Source: Saccostrea echinata
Lineage: Eukaryota
DNA: 64,000 bases
Direction of reading: 5' to 3'
Assembly: GCF_033153115.1 (NCBI RefSeq)
Contig: NW_026889779.1
Span: 9,796,001-9,860,000, forward strand
Shown here: piece after piece, positions 12,301 to 26,220 of the stretch
Layout: every line of letters begins with the position of its first letter
Numbering within the stretch: the stretch's first letter is position 1
Notes under the pieces: model-generated
What the model was told of the DNA's origin: nothing
Seen by the model: only the letters and a program-made list of their open reading frames with translations
Database searches by the model: none
Translations under genes and position numbers: made by a program

Positions 12301-15300
12301 AATTTATTTTTTCAAAATTCAAAGTCAGTGATCATTCCTTTGAAGATGAAATTGGTAGATATAAAAAAATAGTCCAAGAAATCATAGGATTCTTAAAATT
12401 CATGATAAATTACATGATGAATACCATTTCTCTTAGAATCTGCTTCTCATAAATCAGTTATTCTCTAAAATGATTATAATTTAAACAATATTTTATTATG
12501 CATAATCATAATAGGATTGGACAGCAGGCACTGCCTATATAAGTCCTCTCCATAATACAAGGTCAAAGTCATACAAGTACATATTAGTTACATATCATTG
12601 AAAAAATAAATATATACATGTGTATATTCAAAAGAAATTTATTTAAAAAAAATAAGACAAAATAAATAGTAAAAAAAAATCTTTAAAATGAATCATATCT
12701 AGACAAGTTTTTAAAAGAGAAGCCACTCAGTAAAACACAACAAATTTTAAATCCAAAAATCTGAACTTTTTTCAGCAATTGGAGACTTTATTTTATTTTT
12801 TATTTTTTTTACATATACTATAAAGCCATTTTAAAATGAATATTGTAATTCGTATATTAATTAGAAGTTGCTTGACCCATACGGTGTTTTGTGCAAATAA
12901 AGTGTATAATGAAAATGCTTATTTCCATATTATTAAAATTGTAAATTTTAAAAATAAATGAATAGATAAAAAAATAAAGAAATAAATATATAAGGACGTC
13001 TCAAAGTTTTTTGTAAGATTTGACCTTTAACTACATACATGTATGTCTTCCAAGTATTGTTGAGACATATGTTTTGCAGCGTTAACCTGAAATTAAGTAA
13101 TTAATCACGGTTAGCCACTGGACTTGAGGCGTTCGCTGATTCAGATATTGTCATAGCACACCTTTCTGCGAAACAAATGACCCCCCAGGAGCAAGGGCGG
13201 TTTGGGTCAATTCAACATGGACACCAGGCGTAAAACAAGTGAAACTTCATCAAACGAATACCAGATGTCATATTAGCTAATTTATTTAGATGGCTTGACT
13301 TAACCTTATTATTCATTTTTTTATTATTTAAAAAAAGTTTTAAGAAGTTTATTAACGTGTGAAGACTTTTCAGATCGGGGGTCAACACATACTTCTTATA
13401 TATAAAACAAGTGAATTTTCCGTACATTTAGCTGAAAATGTGTTTTCGGCAAAGCTGTAATATTATCAGCAGTGTGTCTGAAGGCGATCTTAATAAGATA
13501 GTGGTTAAAAAATGTGTTCAGTACATCCCGTTTATCCATTCTGTATAGTAATAATGCGATCCTTAACTGTAAAAATTCAGATAGTGCGAAGTACCGCTCA
13601 CAATGAAAAAATTATCAGAAAAAAAGAAACTGGTGGACTGACAGCAGTACAGAGATAAAACGACTCTAAATGTCTTTCTTAGGATATCCTAAAGACCGTA
13701 TTAGAATTTTTTTCCGTATGAACTTCATCTAGTCCAGTGAATGCGTTATGTTAGTCGAATGACACTTGTAATCAAAGGCTTGTCAGCTTGAATGATTGTC
13801 CTTATTTATATGTGGTCCCATCTTATCATTGTTCATATATATCAGTGTACGTAAAGGAATCTGATGTGTCTAACTTTATCAGATAAAAGTGCTTAACAGA
13901 AAACATAAAAGCTTCTCATTCTGTTTTTCATAATGTTAATTGTTACTAAAAGAGGCTCTTTATATGTTTTATCTAATTTCTTTAGAAACACGTTATATAA
14001 CTCTACGTTTACAGAATGTTCTCTACGTAACATGATGAAGTTGCTATGTACATATATATCTGGCAAAATGTCAGAGCAATATACAATTATTGCGAGGTTT
14101 CTCCAATAAGACATTTCAAAAAGTGCAACACCTGTGATTTCCATTTGCAATCTGCATCGTTCGATGCACTGCAATGAATACAAAAAGAATGCTAAGATTT
14201 GTCAGCAGTGTAGGTTGAATCACTCACTTTTTGCCCCCCCCCCCCCCGCTTTCATTGAAAGTGGGGGATATTAATTTGGGTCTGTTCGTCCGTCTGTCAT
14301 TATTTCTATGTTTAACACTTTTGTTTCCGGACAATAACTCATAAAAATGGTTTCCAAATATTAACTTTATTTTTGCTCTAGCTTTTTCAGTAAAATTTTA
14401 ATTCAAAAAATTTCATTGTCTTAAGACCTTTTTGATTTTAAGGTCATAAATTCATTAATTCTGTCTGTGTGTAACACTTTCGTTTCCGGGCGATATCTCA
14501 GAAAGCCTTTGAGCTTTTGCAATGGTATTTGATATCACATCTCCCTATGGATAACGAAGACCTGTATTGATTTTGAGGTCCAAAGGTCAAGGTCAGAAAT
14601 TCATACATTACCAAAATTGGTTCACCGATGATAGCTAAATTTTTCTTTAAGATTTTGCAATGAAATTTTATATCATAACTCTCAATCGTGTAAAGTAGAC
14701 CCATATGAACTACGAGTCAAAAGGTCAAGGTGAAAAATTCATATCTTGCATAAAATAGTTTCCTGGTAATAACTTTCGTTCTCTTTGAGATTTTGCTGCA
14801 ATGGACTTTTATGCCGTTAGTTAATATAACTGAAAAAAGACATATTGATTTTGAGGTAAAAAAAAAATGAAGACCATAGTCAGATATTTATATACTAGTA
14901 TTACATAATTTTAGTTTTTTTATTAAATTTTGCAATGAAACTTAAGGTCATGCATTTCTTTAACTTAAAAAAAGAACCCTATTGACTTTAAGGCCAAAAG
15001 TTGAAAGGTCAAGGTCGACCTTTCTCTTTCAGGTCTTCCAGCTTTTTCTTTATTCTTTAAACGGGGAACACAAATTTCCTGAATTATCTTGTTTCTACCT
15101 GTTATCTATTTGCAAAGAGTGTTTTGAAGACAAATACATATGATATTAAATCTGATTAATTCATTCAGTAATTAAATGCTGTATTTATTACCAGCCGTAA
15201 CGACTACTCAAGCCCAGAGCAATCTGTACGAAGTGGAACAAGTTTTCCACCAAAGTCGCCGCTACTCCACACATACCATCCGCTTCATTGGCGGTGCCTA

Positions 15301-18300
15301 CATCCACTATGACTTCGCCACCTTTGGTATAAATGCCCCGAAGATGATGGAGAGGGTGTCCAATGAAACGTTTTATTTCCAGTTCATCACTAAGAAAGCC
15401 AACGGTCTTCTGTGGTTGGACAACAGGCAGAACCAAGTCATGTACCTTGCCATGAAGGTAAAACATGAATTTTTGTTTTCTTTAAAAAAAAAAAAATGAC
15501 GTCATTGCTTTTTTCGGTGTTGATTTTTTTTTTGTTTTGGATTTTTTGTTAAATTATTTTATTTTATTCTAATTATTTTGAGTTTGAATTTTTAGCAGAT
15601 TATGTTGATTATTGTTAAAGCCCGTGATATTCTGCACAAGCACTGGTTTGCAAAATGTTTTCCCGTAGTATGTTTGCAATAGGCATCTGTTCTGAAAACC
15701 CTGATCCATTAAGTAAAGTCCACTTAAAGTTTTTTGGCTTCTGAGGGCATCATATATTACCTTTTCAATTAGTTGAGCAGCATGGCTGATTTTTTCTATG
15801 TTTTGGCAGAATATTGAGGACGGCAAAAAGTGTGTAAGTAATCCGGAATGAGAAGACAGGAATCGGGTGAAATACATGCATGATTAGATTTCTCCATAAA
15901 ACTTTCAAATTGTCATCAAATTTTCGACGTTATTTCTGGATATTTCAGTGTCATATTTTCCCCATAATCTCATGATCAGATGCCCACTACAAAGAAGTAG
16001 TTACTTATATCATATTTACTTATATTCTACTTTATTCATATGAGAGAGAGAGAAAGAAAGGATTGATTGAGAGAAAATTTTCATAGCATATACTTTTTGA
16101 TCATTTTGTTATATACATGTACATGTATACGAATGTTGTCCCAAAATTTCGTAATTCGTAGTATAGGTAGACAAGCGTAATTTTGTAGAACCCCGGTGTC
16201 ATAAATTAATGAAACTTTGTACATAGATAGAACCAACAATAACTAATAAATTTATGGATAAAGATTGAGTAATTACACGGATGAATCCTATACATAAGTA
16301 AATAGAATACTTGTGTATTATAGTACTAGTAGTATTTCATTGTCTGGTATGAGGCGGCGGCGCCGTACCCAAAAATTGCAACTAAAAATCGGTATATGAT
16401 ATTTAAAATAATAGGAAAAGTATTTACTACTCAGAATAAGAATTCTTAATATTTGTTTTGTTAACTAGCTTTCTTCAATTTTGTCATATGTGCTTAAATT
16501 ACTATGAATTTTATAATGTTTTATATGCAGCGGTTTGAAATCTGATGTTGAAAAATGACGGCTGCGTTGATACAAGCAGCGCACTTGCACAGCGATCAAA
16601 TGTTCTGAATTTGAATTCACTCCTACAGAAAAGCACGTCATAAATGTATCTATAATCTTTATGATGAATTAAAGAATTTGATTCTACTCCAAAAAATCCG
16701 AGCCGGTTACGTTAAGTGTATTTTTTTTCTTTTTTAATTACTTTGTTTTAAAGATTTGAGCTCAGTCAACGGAATATTGGGACAACCCCATATATATTTA
16801 GACTGACTTTGCTTTGTGTGTTCGGTTTTTGCCATTATTATAATAGATTTTGATGAGATATGCGGTGCATGATTTTTGAATGATTTTGTTTGTTTCAACT
16901 GAATTATACTTCATATCGAGTCTATAAAGAAGGGGTAAGAGGTAAAGATATATAGTTAAAATATGTAATAAGTAGCTTTTTTTGCCAAACCTCGATCTTT
17001 GTGCTGTAAATAATTTGTTCAGGCGTTCTTTTATGTCCACTGTCAAGTATTATTATCACGTTGATTTTTGTGTTTTGTTTTTTATTTATTATTTTGTTTA
17101 ATTTGCTCCCTATATTTTTATTTGCTTTATATTTTGCAGAAAACTTTGTGTACAACTGTTATTATATCTACAGCTGTTAATCACATGTATATCCCTTTAA
17201 CAATTCAATAAAGTTAAGTGTTGCTTGTATGGCTTTTCAGGATGGCTACTTGGTCTTTTATATTGATGATGGAACAGGACAGCCTCAGCAAGTCCAGCTT
17301 CGTGCTGAGAACTTCCAAGACCTCAACGACTGGCGGTGGCATAAAATCTCCATTGAGAGAATGGGGCGACACGTAAGACACTTGTATACGGAGTTATAAA
17401 AATAAGTCCATGTAAAATCATTATTTAAATTATTGTGTGTGATTGAGGCGAAATTGAGACAAGCAATTTCTTTTCTTTTGAGAAGAATGAGTAACAAAAT
17501 ACGCTGTACCGTATGGTAAATCATTGTTTTTTGCAGATGAGATTCTTCATAGATGAGAAGTATGCCGGAGAACTCTTCACTAGAAACGAAATTCAGCTGG
17601 TTGCCCCTGGTGACGTGTATTTAGGTGGAAGCCCTGATACTGTTCAGCTAACAGACAGACATGTACGAGAAGGTTTTGATGGGGCACTCACAGAGGTAAC
17701 TCACATTCGACAAAGCTTCCGTTACGCCTACATTGATAAACGATGAATCTATGTGCAAGTCACCAGTTGTATGAGAGATAATCAAAAGATCCCTATTCTT
17801 ATGCTTGTCAACAAAGCCCCGTAAATGCAGAGATTTCTTGTGATTTCAGTAAATTACATTTTTATTTAAATTTGATCATGGTACTCTAAAAGAAAGAATT
17901 GTTAATAAAATAGTTAATGAAATTGTTCTTGCAAAATTCCAGGTTATCTATTCCAAATATGCCAGAAACAACCATGTAACAATCATAAGTTTACTAGCCC
18001 ATATTGAGACACATGCATCAAAACATGGTAACATAATAATCTACAAACCCAACGAATTCGGCACCCGGCCTCCAACCAGAGTAACAACACCGGTGCCAAG
18101 ACCAAAAGAAATTGTCCTCTTCCGGACTCTTTCACTCCTCAAGTTCAACTTCCATATCCGGGCCACAGGTTATATTGACATGAGGAATGGAGGAGAAATG
18201 TCTTTCCGGTTTCGAACACTTCAGATGCATGGTTTGATATTTGTTGCTGGAACTTCCGGTTCCTTTATCAGCTGTGAGATTGTCGATGGTATCCTATACT

Positions 18301-21300
18301 TGGTTTATAATTTTGGTGCTGGTGCCAAACGCGTCCGACTCTCTACAACAGTTGTTAATGATGGTCAGCCCCATTCTGTAAGAATCGTCGTCAGCTATGG
18401 CCGCCGTGTCACGGTCTACGTTGATGGTTCTCCGAACACGATCAGTTTGTCTGCATCGGAGACGGCGTTATACTTCAGTGGCGGAATCTGGATCGGTGGG
18501 CCAAGGGAAAACAGTGAGCTGTCTTGGTATCAGATTTCAAGGAATGGATTTGTAGGATGTCTTCTTGATTTCACCCTGAAAGACACTAGTAAGTGGAAGG
18601 TGTTCAGTAATTTTGCTTGTATCTGGGGGATGTTTAATATGTGTCATTGTTGTTTGTATCATGAGTGTATATGTATTGCAAAATTTATTTTTCAGCCACA
18701 GACTTCCGTCCCATTGTCATCCAAAATGTTCCTGAACTTTCTCAGACCTGTATAGTAGGAGCAAACGAGTGCGCGGTGCCCTCCATCTGCGGGTCAGGAG
18801 AGTGTTCGTACCATAATGCCCTATCTTACCACTGCTACTGCGCAGGAACAGGAATGGCGGGCGACAATTGTGATATCTGTATGTTGAAGCATACCTTTAA
18901 TTTTTTAAGTATTTGTATTCTGGTTTTGTTGGATGAATTCTTAATTCTGATTAATGAATGACTCTGTTTCATTCTAGGGCCCGTCACTGCCGCTTTTGAA
19001 AGACAAGAGTATGTCATATATCAGTATGCGAGATTCCTAGAAACTCACCTGAACGACTTCTCATTGAGATTTAGGACCAAACAAAGTAATGCCATTTTGT
19101 TCCAAACTTACTCTTCACAAGGCCATAACGATTTCATCCGAGCGGAACTTGAGAATGGGCGAGTCAAAGTCACCATTAGAATAAATGGCAAAGATCAGGT
19201 ATTGTTTTGTAAATCATTATTAAAATAAGCGTGCTTTTCATACCTGTGTGTTTGACTTTGAAATTCTGAGTTTCCTTGCACACGATCACATTTTTAAGTG
19301 TGAAACTCAAATGATAGCTTTCACAGTGGTGAGCTTTGATTATTTATATGTATTACTAATTGCACTCCTATAAAGTATTACGCTACATCAAAAACATTTT
19401 CACAAGTGTGAATTAAAATGGCTTTTGTGCACTAACTATATCTATTGCAGCTTGTCAGCTTTACTATTATATTAACTATTTGTGTGGATGCACTGTCATT
19501 TTCAGATTTTCGATGTAAATCCAGTGAGTAGTTAGATGTGAAAATTAGCTGTAATTAATTTATCTGTTAATTTACTAATTCAAAAATTCTTTTTCATGAT
19601 TTGCATGTTAGTGGTCTGGGACTGGAAGTAAATGTTAACTTGAAAGTTAAAGCAACACTTTTTAAATTAAAGTTTGAATTATTTTTAAATCAATTATTTT
19701 GTTTTCTATCCTTGCATGAGATTTTTAGTTTAGTAAATCATATTTCAGTAGACTTAATACATGTACTTGCGAAAGGGATTATTTATTCAAGCGGAAACTA
19801 TTTTATATAAACTCATTCATATGCAGCATGTAAATGATACATGTGTGAAAATTTGTACCAAGAGTTTTACTGAACTTTCATTTGCTTATTTGACAAGTTT
19901 ATTTTCAAGATTTAAATCAATCATTTACTTCATTTTTAGGTATTCTACACTGGAGTATATCTTAACGATGACAGATGGCACACATTTAACCTCCGTCGCC
20001 GTGCGGACCACTTGGAGTTGTGGGTAGATTCCCAACAACATCAGACAGGTTGGTAATCCTGCAAATTTCCTCTTTTATTGAGTTGTGAAGAATTGTTTTG
20101 GTATAGAGCTGTACAACTATAAACGATTAATTTTATTTTCCAGAAAAGATATCGGGCAACGATTTCTATATCCATTATGATAAAATCTACTTCGGCTCCC
20201 TTCGTGAAATTTACCCTACCCTGAGAATCCCTTCATTTCATGGTTACATGCACAACGTTTATGTTGATAGAGTTGACATTTTTGAAAAACTAAAGCAGCA
20301 CAGCGGTGGGCACTGGCCTATATTAATATTCACTCGTTCTGAATGGGAGCGTCACGTCCAAGGTCACGTCCATACCCCAAGACCCACCACCCGACGGCCC
20401 ACCACTCCAAGACCAACGACAACAGCCCCGAAGCCAACCAAAATCAAGCTATTTAGTACGATTTCAATCCTTGTTCACGATAAACATTATCATATCCCAG
20501 GCTATGTTGACTTCCGGAATGGAGGAGAAATCCATTTCCGGTTCCGTACGTCACTGCAGACTGGACTTCTTTTGACGATTCCACGATCTACGTCCCTATC
20601 ACAATTTATGAGTTTTGAGGTCTTTGAAGGAAAATTGTACTTTGTTTATGACTTTGGTGCTTTGACTAGAAGAGTGTTAGTGTCCAATGACTTCGTTAGC
20701 ACTGGTCGATGGCAAAGGGTCCAACTGTCATTGTCTGCTAATTACATTCTTGTCTCTCTTAACAATAAGCCCACCCGTATAGATCTCACTTCTTTCGAGC
20801 GTAATAGTTTGTACTTTGCTGGTGGAATTTGGATAGGCGCACTACCAGAAGAAAACCTGTCCTGGTATACATACGCAAGACGCGGCTATGTGGGGTGTAT
20901 TGGAGACCTTACCCTACATGAACTGGGTACGTTTCTCACTTTTTTTTAACTTTTATGTATCAGTGGGTGTACGAGCACAAAGGCACAATATTCGTCATTT
21001 TAAATGTTGTAATGCTTTTGACAGATTCGAACATGCGCCTTCAGACGTCCATCGCAGGAAGTGGTATTTCTAACCAGTGTTCAGTACTTGTCCGTCACTG
21101 TGACAATGCCAATATTTGTGGTACGGGAACCTGTCGTTATACCGACCAAGGGGGATTTGCCTGCTATTGCCAGGGCACAGGATTTGGTGGAGACCGCTGT
21201 GATAGATGTAAATTTTAGCAGAATATTCAGTTTTCAGTGAAATAAAAACTAAACAATTTGCCTCAAGTTTCAAATACTTAAATTATTTACTCATACAATA

Positions 21301-24300
21301 CTTTATTCTGTATTCCAGGGCCGGTTACCAGTATCTTTGAGGACGGACACTATATTCTGTATAATTACTTGATCCAGCAAAAAACACACAATAACGATTT
21401 TTCAGTTCGGTTCCGTACTTCACAGGATAATGCTATTCTCTTCCAAACACACTCATCTCGGGGACTGGACGAGTACATCCGGGCAGTTCTAGAAAATGGA
21501 CGCGTCAAGGTTACCGTCAGAATCAATGGAGTGGATCAGGTACCAGTATTTTATTGATGAAGAATTGCAAATAAAACGGTAGCTTTTAAAAAATAATACC
21601 ATTTTTCCATTTGCACAGCTTCAACAAACTTTAACAAAAATTAGTATTTTATCAGTTTTATTTAACTTGCAGCAAATTTTAACTCCTTTTGTAAGTAGTT
21701 TTTTGGGTGGTTTGGAATTCAGTATCTGGGTTGCATGATACAGATTTATATACAGTTCGTATTACTGTTTAAATGAAGATACGCGTAATTGTGAAGGTAA
21801 CCGATTTATGGGTTATTTTGCATGACCAGTCGTAAAATCCTTTACGAATAAATCGACAAAGTATCAAATGTTTATGACTGTATATAGTCAGTTTTGAGAG
21901 AGCAAATTCATCTAATGGCAACCCTTTTTTTGTGTCATGTAAAAATGTTGAAAACTTCTGAATGTTTTGCTTCCTTTCTGGCCTTTTATGAACCTCCTTC
22001 TTTTTGAAAAAAATCCCCCATTGTGATATGATACTTAGAACCATTCTGGAGTTTAGTTTCGACTTTGTTCTTAAGTCAGATTATTTTTTTTTTAAATTTT
22101 CTTTGATGCAAACTTAGAAAAAATACATGTATCGAAATTTATTACAAAATTTTTAGATTTACATTACGTTAATTAATTCAGGTGTATTATGTTGGAGAGA
22201 ACTTGAATGACAACCATTGGCATACCTTCAATCTCCGCCGTAATGGCAACCTACTGAAAATGTGGGTTGACGATTTGGCTCATCAGGAAGGTATAGTATT
22301 CTTGTGTGTTGAACCCTCAGTTGTCCAAGTTATCCTGATTTTCCTGATTTTGATTTTCATAAAAATGTTATTTGCTTTCAGAAACGTTAAAGGGGGAGAA
22401 CTTTTTCATTCACTATGATGATATTTATTATGGTTCCTTGGCTAATCTGTATCCGGGTCTGAATATTCCCTCCTTCTCCGGATCCATGCAGAATGTATAC
22501 ATTGACCACACGGATATATTTGACGAACTGAAGCAGCATTCAGGTGGACATTGGCCAATATTTGTTACTACTGAGAAAGAATATAATAATTATCACTTCC
22601 GGCCTGTTACGTTCGTTACTAGGGATGTGTATGCTGACTTGGCCCCCCTTCACGCATCAAGAAGGATGCATTTAACTTTTAACTTTAAGACAGGCGAGGA
22701 AAATGGAATTCTTCTATTTACAAGAGGAGGTGGGAAGCAGTTTATTAGTGTGCAGTTAATAGGTGGACAGTTATACGTTAAATTCCACAACGGCATACGA
22801 CAGAGTTCTCCACATTTAGTACCCACACCTAAACTTAACGACAACCAATGGCATCTCTTTACTCTGAGAGAACGCACTCGCGGCGAGCAACGTCAGTTTG
22901 AAGTTTCCGTCGACAAGTTGGCGCCCATTGTCATCAACCTTGGAACCAACCAACTGGTGCTCTCTGGCAGACTATACATAGGAGGAATTTCCACCAGTGA
23001 ATATCTGGATTCGTTTGTCCGAGAAGTCCTTCAGTCCAGTGAAGGTTTTATCGGCTGTTTGTCTTCGGTAGAGCTGAATGGACATACCCCAGAACTTCGC
23101 AAATACGCCAGTAACATTGACCAAATCATCACTGGCTGTAGAGGTACCTGCCTATTCCTGCCCAAACACTTGATTTTAATTTTTGGCTTTTTCTCTCAGT
23201 CACTCCATACGTTCTTATAAATTTTGATTTTGTGTTCCAGCAATTACACCATGTCCACTTGACGCCTGTTTGCACGGAGGAATATGTATTCCAGGAATCG
23301 TAGATTTCACATGTAACTGTCAGACGACTGCTTACTGGGGTCCAAATTGTGGCGAATGTACGTTTTTCTAATATCCATTAAAAATATATACTGTATACGT
23401 AGTCATTTCTTAGAAAGGGATCGTATTTATCATAAACAGTCCTGTTTATTGCAAACGTTTTCTAATGAATAGAAGCCTAATATCAAGATTTTTTTTTTAA
23501 GTTATGAATGGTTTCAAATGATTATTTTTAGATCCAAATGGTACCATTTTCGGATCCCCAGACAACCAACAAGGCGGCCTTATTCTGTACACATTTGATG
23601 ATCTTCAAGTCTCCAGTTCAGACGAAATTGTCTTTGGATTCATGACGTTCTACGAGGACGGTTTGCTATACAGAGCTGAGAGCAGGCTAGGAAATGAATA
23701 CATTGAAATTAAACTGGTACGAAAGATGGCTTCAAGAGTAAAGATTCGCACGGGCATCTTAAGCAATATTATAGGGATGTAAATGTAAAATCAGGAATGG
23801 ATTTAAAAACGATTCATTGGTCATTTATGTTGCAAACTAATACTGAGGTAATAATGTATTTTGTAGGAAAGTGGTTTCATTGTCGCCGAGTATGACACTG
23901 GCAGTGGAAAACAAACCCTTAGAATTGATTCTAAGACCTACAATGACGGCAAATACCACGTTGTCAAGTTTCTACGCAACGGAGAGCGCGCGGACTTGAT
24001 AGTGGACAGCCTTAGTGCCTTTAATATACATCAGTGTAAGTTAGATATATAATTGGAGATACTTCATACAGTTTTATTCTTTTATCCGGATATTTGTTGT
24101 GTTTTGTACAACATTTAAAACTTTTTTTTACCAGCTTCCCATTCCGCTTTTGATGAGATGCACAAAGTGTTCATTGGTGGATACACGGACTCTGGACATT
24201 CTACCATTCTCAGTGGTTTCAATGGAATTATTGGAGGTAAGAGAATGTACAATGTTCCAGGAAAGAAATTTGTTATGAAATATAGATGTTTTTTTTTTAT

Positions 24301-26135
24301 TGTAATCAGGAAAAGAAGACTGCAGATTATTTATAACTACGCACCAGTCAGTTCCTAATTTCTAGATCATTGATTGCTTTTTTTCATTCTTAAATTTTCT
24401 CTACTAAACAGGCGCCTACTGGAATAAGTATCGCTTCCTAGACCTTGCTCACCATAACGATGCCAGGATTAACATTGTTGGGGATTATGCAGTTCTCATT
24501 GATAAGCGCGGATACAATCTGCGACCTCCAGTGTAGGTGCATTTTGATAAACTGATTTTTTTGTGTGTTTATATATTCATTTATGACAAACATTTAATTC
24601 TGGTTATTGCTTTTGCAGTATACCAACACGCCCCCCTGTTCCACCTATTGGCCCGGGACCGCATATTGTTCCTGATCATATTGGAGGCGGTGGTTCTTTG
24701 GGACCTGGTGCCTCAGGGATCGGAGGTGATTTTTTTTAATTCGGATATCATTAAAATTTTAAGTGCAAATAAGATGTAATGTAAATGATTTGTTTTGATA
24801 ATTTAAATTGCATATTGTAGCGAAATAATACAGAACGCGGAGTTAACGATATTAATTTGCTTTCACCTTCATAGGAGGGGTTGATGTAATTCACTATGAG
24901 AAGATCGGTGGTGTGTCTGGTGGTTTTGGTACTAATCCTGGTTTGACTGGTGGTGCAAACACTCTACCTCAGACAGCTGGCGGTGGTCCTGCTGTGGTTC
25001 CTCCGCCCGCCGGAGGCGGTGTTCGAGCTGGCGCAGCCATGGGAACACTTCTTGGTAGGCTGCATGACATTTTAAATCTTGAAGCAAGTTCATTTTTACT
25101 TTGAATGGTGAAAGCATTATTTTGTACGAAAAAACTTGTCTTTTACAGGTACAATGGCATTTTTGGCAAGCTTGATGTGGGCATTCTGGAGATTGAAGCC
25201 AGGTGTTGTCACGTGTCCAGGCGGTGGAGGTGGAGGTCCTCCACCAGCAACGATCTCTCCTCCTACCACAACCAATCTCCCTGTGGTACAGGCAATGTCT
25301 GGAACAGCTGAAGGGGGTGGCGGCGGTGCGGGAGGTGGAACTAAGATCACCGTGGTCAATGGATCTGCCGGGGCTGGTGGCGGCGGTGGAGGTGGAGGCT
25401 ATTCCTCCTATTACACTTCCTCGACAACTACAGCGACAGCAGGCGGCGGTGGTGTTGGTGGCGGCGCTGGAGGAGATGTATTTGATTCTGCTACTCTTAG
25501 AGCTACGGGTACGTTCTCGAACAAAGGAACCATTATTGGTACCCCAAAGGCTACACGAGCATACTTAGGATCTGCGTCGTCGGCAGGTTAGCGTTGTTGT
25601 AAGCATGCGTAGCTAGCTCGTAGTGACGATATTAGCGTAGTCTGTAGCATAGGCGGATCCAGGAATCGTACCAGCGTAAGTTTTGAAGCGGTGAGACTTT
25701 GAAGAACGAATTTCGAGATTAGCAAATGTTGCACAACTTCATACCGCGACAAGTATGTGACCGTGACTGAAATCCGCCTATGTCCAGCTAGCAAGTTGAA
25801 TAACCGATATGTATTCAAATATACAGCCATTTTATCTTTTAAATGGTCAGTGACCCGACTAAAATAAATGCAAACGTATCCTATTCCATTAATGATTTCT
25901 TAATAAATTCAGTTCCGAGATAAATGTCAATCTTTTTTTTTTCGGGGAGGGGGATCAAATCCATAATTGCAACAGCATACTTATGAGCATAAAATGAGCT
26001 GTATGCATCTTCTATTATATTTATTAGCAACCGAAAATATGATATATCCACGTGTATCCCAGCACAATTATATATTGTAATAACCGTATCACTTATATAT
26101 TCGATATGATATGTATCCGTGTACAGTGCACATCA

Positions 26136-26220
<85 letters not shown>

